From Octopus vulgaris (lineage: Eukaryota), in contig OX597835.1 in assembly GCA_951406725.2 (NCBI GenBank), positions 45,942,001 to 46,006,000 of the forward strand: a stretch of DNA of 64,000 nt, written 5' to 3'. Numbering within the stretch: position 1 is the stretch's first letter; every line of letters starts with the position of its first letter. A program made the position numbers and the translations under genes. Positions 54,611 to 64,000 of this stretch are shown one piece after another. The notes below the pieces were generated by a model that saw only the letters and a program-made list of their open reading frames with translations, was not told the origin of the DNA and ran no database searches.

Positions 54611-55862
54611 TTAGGTTGTCAAGAAAGTTCTAGCGGAATTTTTAATTTTGGTTTTAAATGATGTATTTTCAAATTAATTTTCGTAAAATTACTTTGACTT
54701 TATATTTCACTTTAAAGCCCGTTTTGTTGTTCTATCTAATCGTGTTACGCTTTTTCTTTTTGAATAATTAGGCCATTTTTTTCCGGAACGTTGAATACAA
54801 TATGGACAAAAAGCAAATTCGAACAATTTTCGTATTCCAGTTCAAGCTAGGCTGAAAAGCTAATGAAACAGCTCGCGATATCAACGATGCGTTTGGCCCA
54901 GGAACCACTAATGAACATACAGCACAATGGTGGTTCAAGAAATTTCGTAGCGGTGACGAGAATCTTGATGAGGATAAGCATAGTGGTCGCCCATCGGATG
55001 TTGACAGCGCTCAACTAAGAGCTTTAGTCGAAGCCAATCCACGCACAACTTTTCGAGAGCTTGCTTCTGAATTAGACGTAACGATTACGACAATGTCCAA
55101 CCACTTGAAAGAGATTGGAAAAACCAAAATACATGAGAAATAGGTGCCACACGAATTCAACGACAACCAAACAAAAAAAAAATACCCGTTTCCCGACCGG
55201 ATTGTGACTTGCGATGAAAAGTAGATTCTTTAAAATAACTGGCGACGTCCAGCTCAGTGGTTGGACGACGACGACAAAACTCCAAGGCTCTTCCCGAAGC
55301 CAAAGTTGCACCAAAAGAAGATTATGGTGATTGTTTGGTGGTCTATAGCCGGACTCATTCATCATAGCATTTTGAATCCAGGCGAAACCATTACGGCGGA
55401 GAAGTACTGTCAGCAAATGGATGAAATGCATAAGAAACTCCGACAACAACAGCCAGCATTGGTCTATAGAAAAGGACCAATTCTTCTCCACGACAACGCT
55501 GGGCCGCACGTCGCACAACTGACTCTGCAGAAATTGAATGAATTGGGCTACGAAATTCTACCTCATCTGCCATACTCACCGGACCTCTCACCTACCGACT
55601 AACACTTTTTCAAGCATCTCGACAACTTCCTGCATGAGAAATGCTTCAAAAACCAAGACGATGCCAAACACGCCTTCAACGACTTCATCGCCACCAAAAC
55701 GCAGGGATTTTACGCTACTGACATAAATATACTTTTTTCGCGTTGGCAAAAATTTGTTTATTCTGATGGTATTTATTTCGATTTATAAATGTTTGTCTGA
55801 GCCGAGATATGTGCATCTGAATTTAAAGGTTAAAAACCAGAAGAACTTACTTGACAACCTAG
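54611..55862 (+). mobile_element. Full-length mariner DNA transposon (Hsmar1/cecropia-like), inactive
   Basis: TA-TTAGGTTGTCAAGAAAGTTCT...AGAACTTACTTGACAACCTAG-TA terminal inverted repeats with TA duplication, about 1.25 kb, containing a transposase pseudogene. Confidence 0.95.
54802..55788 (+). pseudogene. Mariner D,D34D transposase pseudogene
   Basis: Single frame: MDKKQIRTIFVFQFKLG*KANETARDINDAFGPGT...QWWFKKF...SGRPS...*VPHE...RIVTCDEK*...HQKKIMVIVWW...LLHDNAGPH...YSPDLSPTD*HFFKHLDNFL...SRWQKFV. Five in-frame stops (54853, 55141, 55222, 55231, 55600) and a short in-frame deletion after VPHE. Confidence 0.95.
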
Positions 55863-56235
55863 TACCATAATTCCCCTTCGAAATTCACACCATCTTGGTC
55901 ATTATTTTTTTGTTGTTGCATTTATTGTTCTCAGTGTCGTTGTTTACGTTATTTTAAATCCTTGAGGAACCCCGATAGTGCAAACCGATTACCAACTTTT
56001 ATTCCATTTGTTTAAATCGTCCACTTCTTTCGAGTATAGTGCATCTAGGTCTAGGTCAATGCGTATGGTATTCAGAAAAAAACATGAAACCAAGATATGT
56101 TGTTCTTAAAACATTAGGGCAGCAGATCAATGACAGGTCTACCGCTCGGTGAGAGTCCTCTCCGTCAAGAGATATCAAAAACCGGCAAAATTGTGTGCAC
56201 TAAATGTAAGGTGAAACCAGGCGCCTACCACACTT

Positions 56236-56349
<114 letters not shown>

Positions 56350-57147
56350 CATGTGTGTATGTGGTTGTATGTGTATATATGTGTGTGCTTGTATGAACAC
56401 GCGTTGTGCGTGTATGTTCAACGGCGGCTTTTGGTAGAAACGTCAGTTTAACTTGTAGCAAAGTGCTTATCTAAGTTTGCAAACATTACTCAGTATTTGT
56501 TAGCCACTAATATTATTTTTTTTTCTGCACGCGTATATAAACTCAATTTGATTTTTTTTTAATGCTCTATGCGTTGAATTTCCTAAAGGTCTTTTACATT
56601 CTCATGATTTTTATGGCCGCTCAAGTCTAAACAAAACCAGTTAGCATGCAGTCGACACGGAGGTTAGTTTTCAGAGAAATTCTCACCATTAAGTGAGATT
56701 GCTGTAGGATAGATGAGGAATGATGGCTGTTGTATGGTTGTTTATAGTTAAGCTCTTCATAATTATTTTTGCTGGATTTTCACAAAAATCATACAATAAG
56801 TATTATTTGCAGAGTTGTAGCAATGTCTAGAAGGAAGGAAAAAAAAAAAAAACAGCCATAAAACTATTCTAAAGATTCATCGTCATGGTAGGAATATTTA
56901 TGCCAAACATGAGTGATTCTCATTTGAAAACATTCCATTTTATGGAAATATTCCCATCGCTTGAGTAATGTTATTACAATATTTTCTTTGCAGTTTTAAC
57001 GTATTTTAGTTGCTATTATATACCTAATGGAGCAATGATTTGAATTTAATTTGATTGTCAATGTGATTAAAGATTAAAGATACATTAGAGTTACTCTGAT
57101 TTAAAAACTTGCAAGATTTAATTAAGCAAAATACACACGCACACCAT

Positions 57148-57218
<71 letters not shown>

Positions 57219-57619
57219 CATAAATACATACACATTTAAACGCTTATTCTCTCTCAGACACACGTATAGACAAACATATACAAATATATTTGTTTCGAAT
57301 GATGAGTGTGTGTGTGTGTCTATGTGTGTGTGTGTGCGCGCGCGCGCTTACCAATTTCTACTTAAATGTATATTAGAGAATCTGTGCTGAACGTGCTTAT
57401 ATATGATGTAGTTTTAATATATTACATTTAAGGCTTTCCTATTATCAATATGTCTGTATGTATGTATGTCTGTTTCCCTTAATTCATTGCTATTTGCTAA
57501 CTTATCTGTCTGTGCGCTTGTTTATTGAACAATTTAACACGATATTTCTCTATCAATAACAAACGCTCGGCGTATTTATATATTTTCCTCCCCGTTTTCC
57601 TTCCCTCCCCTCACTCCTC

Positions 57620-57653
<34 letters not shown>

Positions 57654-57931
57654 ATTATATATATATATAATATTTTATGTAAGTTATTTAAAAAAGCAAT
57701 TTAACATTAACCAGAAGGATCACTCACTAGGCTGTAGTTCAGTACATATATGTCAATTTCTAGGTGGCTGATGTTGACATTACTTATATAACACGCACGC
57801 ACACACCAACACACACACACACACACATACACACATACACACACACACACAAACGTGGGTATACATATATAGATATATCTATATGCATGTATGTATGCAT
57901 ATATAAATATATGCAATTTATATGTACATAC

Positions 57932-57966
<35 letters not shown>

Positions 57967-58179
57967 GCAATAAGAAAATGGAAGGGATCAGGAAGTGGTA
58001 TATATATATATATATATTTAGATAGATATATGCATATACATATGTAAGTATATAAATATATTTGTATGTGTGTGTTTGTGCGTGCGTGCGTGTGTGCACA
58101 GAGCATGCGGTGTGTATAGATACGACAGGCGTATATTATTTGCTAGTTGAGTAGCTAAATATTGTCTTTTACACATAGC

Positions 58180-58318
58180 AAAAGTCCCGAAATTTTGGTG
58201 GAGGGTGGCAAGTTGATTAGATCGAACCCCAGTACGCAACTGGTACTTAATTTATCGACCACGAAATACCGCTAAACATTTCGCATGGCGTGCTGACGCT
58301 TCTGCCAGCTCGCCGCCG
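58180..58318 (-). mobile_element. Internally deleted SINE type C
   Basis: CCCGAAATTTTGG...CCCAGTACGCAACTGGTACTTAATTTATCGACC-ACGAAATACCGCTAA...TTCTGCCAGCTCGCCGCC. Confidence 0.8.
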
Positions 58319-59469
58319 TTGAGCGGCTAAATATTACTCGTTGAAGGAAATATATGAAAGTGAAGCGGAGCGGATGCGTGCTGGTGTGAGGACCCGAGAG
58401 ATATTTTACAAAAAATCTATAACATGTAAGATCTCAATGGAAGTCACCTCACTGCTAGCATGCGCCAATCCTCGGCATTGGATAAGTACCAGGCACCACC
58501 TATAAATTGAAAGTATTAAGGGAAAGGTAGCTTCAAGAAAGCTTTAAGTTTGACTTTGATACTCGAATGTGTGAGAGACAACTTAATTTTAAATCTGTTC
58601 TTTTTTTATCATATTTGGTGATGAAAAGCTCCATAAGGGTCTCATAAGTTGTGCCTACACCTATTTATTCTTGATTTGTCTCTTGTGCCTTTCGACCCTG
58701 TATTAATATCTTTACGGGAGGGAAGTTTGCTCTCAAAGATTCCTTTCTCTTGGATTTCATTTATGCTTTTGTCCTTAACAAGGCTTGATACCATTGTAGT
58801 GAGTGTAAAGCGCTACGAAGAAATATAAAAGAAGGGCCATAAAAAATAGCAAAGGTCTGAATGTCATGGACCGGAAGAAAACGAGGACGGTCGAATTTTC
58901 CAGAGAGAAAGACGTTCGAGGAGGAAATGTATTAGAATTAATGAACTTCTGACAAATAAAAAACAGAAAAATTGGTAGCAAATCATATTGTTCAAAATTT
59001 GTAATGTTTAAAATATATATTTCCGTCTATTTTTTCTTTATTTTTCGTCTTATAAGAATATTTTAAATATTAATGTCAATTTTGAGATCGATTTGAATTG
59101 GGTACTTGATTCAAGGATTCGATTATTGTCAATGATATCCAATTGAGATATTTTCTTGATCTTTAACACCTAGGAAAATGGTACATATTTATATTACCTT
59201 AGACTCAATGGGTAGGTTTACTCACTGGGCATGTTTACTCAAAGTGTATGTCGACTAAATGGTTATGTTGACTTGCAAAAGTCATGGATATATAGTTTCC
59301 ATTATATAAAGTTAATAAAGTCCTGCATTATCTATAGTAGTTTTCTGCATAATACATATTCGTTGGCATTAGAAGATTTTCTGGTAGCATAAATTCATGG
59401 TCAGTACAGCGCTCCTTGATTACCGGACTGTGTCTATGATTGCTTTCGATGCAACATAGAATATATAGT

Positions 59470-59790
59470 ATCTTTTATCTCTTGCATGTTTCAGTCATTT
59501 TTGAGGCCTACTACTTATTTTATCGGTTTCTGTGGCCGAACTGCTAAGTTACGGGGGTCTACGTGATGAGGGGACAGACACTGATACAAGGACACACATA
59601 GAAAAATATATATATATATTTATTTATATATACGACAGGCTTCTTTCAGTTTCCGTCTGCCAAATTTAATCACAAGGATTTGTTCGCCGCATGGCTAAAG
59701 TAGAAAACATCTGGACAATGTGCCACGCAGTGGGACTGAGCCCAGAACCATGTGGTTGGGAAGCAAACTTCTTACCACTTGGCCACGCCT
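59470..59790 (-). mobile_element. SINE type A, degenerate with deletions
   Basis: TGTTTCAGTCATT...CCGAACTGCTAAGTTACGGGG...CTTCTTTCAGTTTCCGTCT...TGCCACGCAGTGGGACTGA..CTTACCAC. Confidence 0.8.
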
Positions 59791-60707
59791 GTGAGATATT
59801 TATAATGAGTGAAGCAATTAATATTAAATTAAAAAGAACTCAATATATCGTGTTGGACAGATATGTGCCTATAAGTGTGGGCAGTGAATGATGTAAATAG
59901 TGTTTCAGGGTAGCCAAGTAACCTACTTATGCCACTCCTATTCTCACTTGCACTCCACTACCAATGTTATGTAGATTCCTATAAAATGGTTTCAGTGTTT
60001 TAATTTGACAGATTATAATTATTTTTTTAATTTTTAATTAAACACACAATTTCGCTCGATCAGTTTATTTTAGATTATAACAAGTCAAATTTTTATAGGA
60101 AAAGTAACCCGTGTTAATTAATTTCCCTTGTGAACTTAAATAGCTGAATTTAGAATGCGTTGCTTGCACCAAAAGGAAGTGAATAAAATTTCTCTGTACT
60201 CAGTAACTTATTAGAAAGTTGATCTCCTCGAAATGTCTAATAATTCATGATACATATTCATACATAGATACATATATCTTCATATACATACATATATATG
60301 TATAAATATATATGTGTGCATGTGTGTGCATATGTGTATGTGTATCTATATATGTGCGTATATATAGATAGATACATACATAAACATCCATATGCATTCA
60401 CACACATACATACATACATGTATTGAAGAATTCCGTCCAGCACAAAATTGGAATAAGCAGCATTATATTCACACGTTCTCGATTATTCGTGTTGGTGATC
60501 TTTCTTCTGAAACACTTGAGTCATAGCTCAAGAGAATTACTGAACTTCTGTACTTTTGTCGCACTCTGAACAGTTCAATCGGGTTGGTCTCCTACGTAAT
60601 TTCTCTATTTGGTTTCAGAAAATACAATTAATACAGAAGATCCTTTAAAATTTTGTTGCCTGCAGGGATTAAAGGTTTCTGAGATGCTGAGGAGATTTTT
60701 ATCAAAA

Positions 60708-60812
<105 letters not shown>

Positions 60813-60866
60813 TACCTGCTCTGCATCAGTCAGCTGCTTAAACTAATATATCGGTGCATACAGACA

Positions 60867-60953
<87 letters not shown>

Positions 60954-60956
<3 letters not shown>

Positions 60957-60986
60957 TCTAATAAATATTCAATTTGTAACCCTTAT

Positions 60987-61035
<49 letters not shown>

Positions 61036-61071
61036 TCTAATAAATATTCAATTTGTAACCCTTATTATTTT
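60954..61071. repeat. 40-bp direct duplication separated by (TA)n
   Basis: TTAATCTAATAAATATTCAATTTGTAACCCTTATTATTTT occurs twice, each time preceded by (TA)n. Confidence 0.93.
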
Positions 61072-61592
61072 AAATATATATATACATATACATATCCGGA
61101 ATTTCACCGACCTTCAAACTATTATGTTGAGTACGTCAATTCGACATATATTTTTGTTTTGGGGATTTCTAAGATGTTTTTATTTTTTTCTAAATCAGCA
61201 AATCATGATCGATTTGCTGATATCATCCATACAGCCATCCATACAGCCATCCATGCATACATGTGTGTTGTGTATTTGCGTTCTTATATTCTTCTTCCAT
61301 CTACGAACACTTAATAACCGTCATTGAATTCTTTCGAGTTGTGTCATCGCAGTTTGATCGCAAAAGATGTGATAGAAAAAATTATCAGATTTAAAACAAC
61401 AAGTATTGAGTACTATGTAGGATTTGATAGTCCCCACATAATTCAAAGTGGTGCTCCAGCATGGCAGCACACACTCTAAGAAAGCCAAGTAATGAATAAT
61501 ATAATATATCATGTACATACATAGAAACATACACACACACACGTACACGCATACACACACATGAACACATACACACACCACACGAACGTCCC

Positions 61593-62780
<1,188 letters not shown>

Positions 62781-63292
62781 GTGTTATGTATGTATTTATT
62801 TTCATATATCTGTACGTTCTTGTCTATACATGTATGTATGTATATATTCATGCGTTTATCCAAAATTACAATAGAAGCTGAAAAATGCCTCGTACTAACC
62901 CCCACCACTACCATCGTCATCACCTCTTCCTCCAACACCGCCACAAACACAACCAACACCACCGCCACACCCACCAGCCTCACCACCACCCTACTATTAC
63001 AGAAAACTGAAGTAAATGCCAAAATTGTTGCCAATACAAAACGTGTTAGGAAATTAAATAGTTCAAAGTTGAACTGCAGCAGTTGTTGTTGTTGTTGTTG
63101 CCGTCGTAGCTGCTGCTGCTGCTGCTGCTGTTGTTTTCTCGCTACAATTTTGATATCTGATGATGTTGCTTTTTAATTTTTGCTTTTGCTGCCATTGTTG
63201 TTGTTCGTATTGTTGCATATGTCGTTGCTGCTGTGTTTGGCTTGGCTCTTACTCATGCTCATGATAATAATGTTGATTTTAGTTCGTATAAT

Positions 63293-63730
63293 CTTCTTCT
63301 TCTTCTTCTTCTTCTTCTTCTTCTTCTTCTCCTTCTTCTTCTTCTTCTTCTTCTCCTTCTTCTTTTTCTTCTCCTTCTTCTTCTTCTTCTTCTTCTTCTT
63401 CTTCTTCTTCTTCTTCTTCTTCTTCTTCTTCTTCTTCTTTTTCTTCTTCTTCTTCTTCTTCTTCTTCCTTCTTCTTCTTCTTCTTCTTCTTCTTCTTCTT
63501 CTTCTTCTTCTTCTCCTTCTTCTTCTTCTTCTTCTTCTTCTTCTTCTTCTTCTTCTTCTTCTTCGTCTTCTTTTCCTCCTCCTTCACCTCCTCCTCCTCT
63601 TTGCCATCGTCCTTTTATCGCACCCTCCCAGTGCCTTATTTTCTTCATTTTCCGTTTTCATTTTTTCCATATTCTTTTACTTCTTTTCCTTCACCTCCTC
63701 ATTTGCTTCCTGCTTCTTCTTATTGTTATT

Positions 63731-63784
<54 letters not shown>

Positions 63785-63920
63785 TTACTACTACTACTAC
63801 TACTACTGCTACTACTACTACTATTACTAATACTACCACCACTACTACTACTAATGATAATAATAATAATAACAATACTAATAATAATAATAATAATAAT
63901 AATAGTAATAATAATACTAT
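63293..63920. repeat. (CTT)n, (CTA)n and (AAT)n trinucleotide arrays
   Basis: Directly visible. Confidence 0.95.
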
Positions 63921-64000
63921 TGCTATAACGATGTCTTCTATTAATATTAATACTACTAGTACTACTACGTTTACTTCCTTTTCTTTGTCTTCTGTTTACT

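Overview
This is AT-rich, microsatellite-saturated eukaryotic non-coding DNA (intergenic or intronic). The SINE families and the simple-repeat load look like an octopus (coleoid cephalopod) genome; that assignment is an inference. I cannot support any host protein-coding exon, and nearly all ORFs in the track are translations of simple repeats. The recognisable content is transposon-derived. (1) Three tRNA-headed SINE types, which I label A, B and C, occur in many copies. (2) A full-length, TA-flanked mariner at 54611-55862 carries a dead D,D34D transposase very similar to Hsmar1/SETMAR. (3) There is an internally deleted Tc1/mariner, a mariner MITE and hAT-like MITEs. (4) There are LINE remnants: RTE/BovB-like, a CR1/L2-like 3' end, and a possible L1/Tx1 endonuclease. 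(5) There are several Penelope-like (GIY-YIG) remnants. The most interesting non-obvious signals are degenerate minimal hammerhead-ribozyme motifs tied to the Penelope-like debris (best at 23625-23680, minus strand). Also notable are local duplications and inversions with breakpoints in (TA)n tracts, modular SINE chimeras, and closely spaced inverted SINE pairs. All protein similarities were recognised by eye from manual translation; no searches were run.
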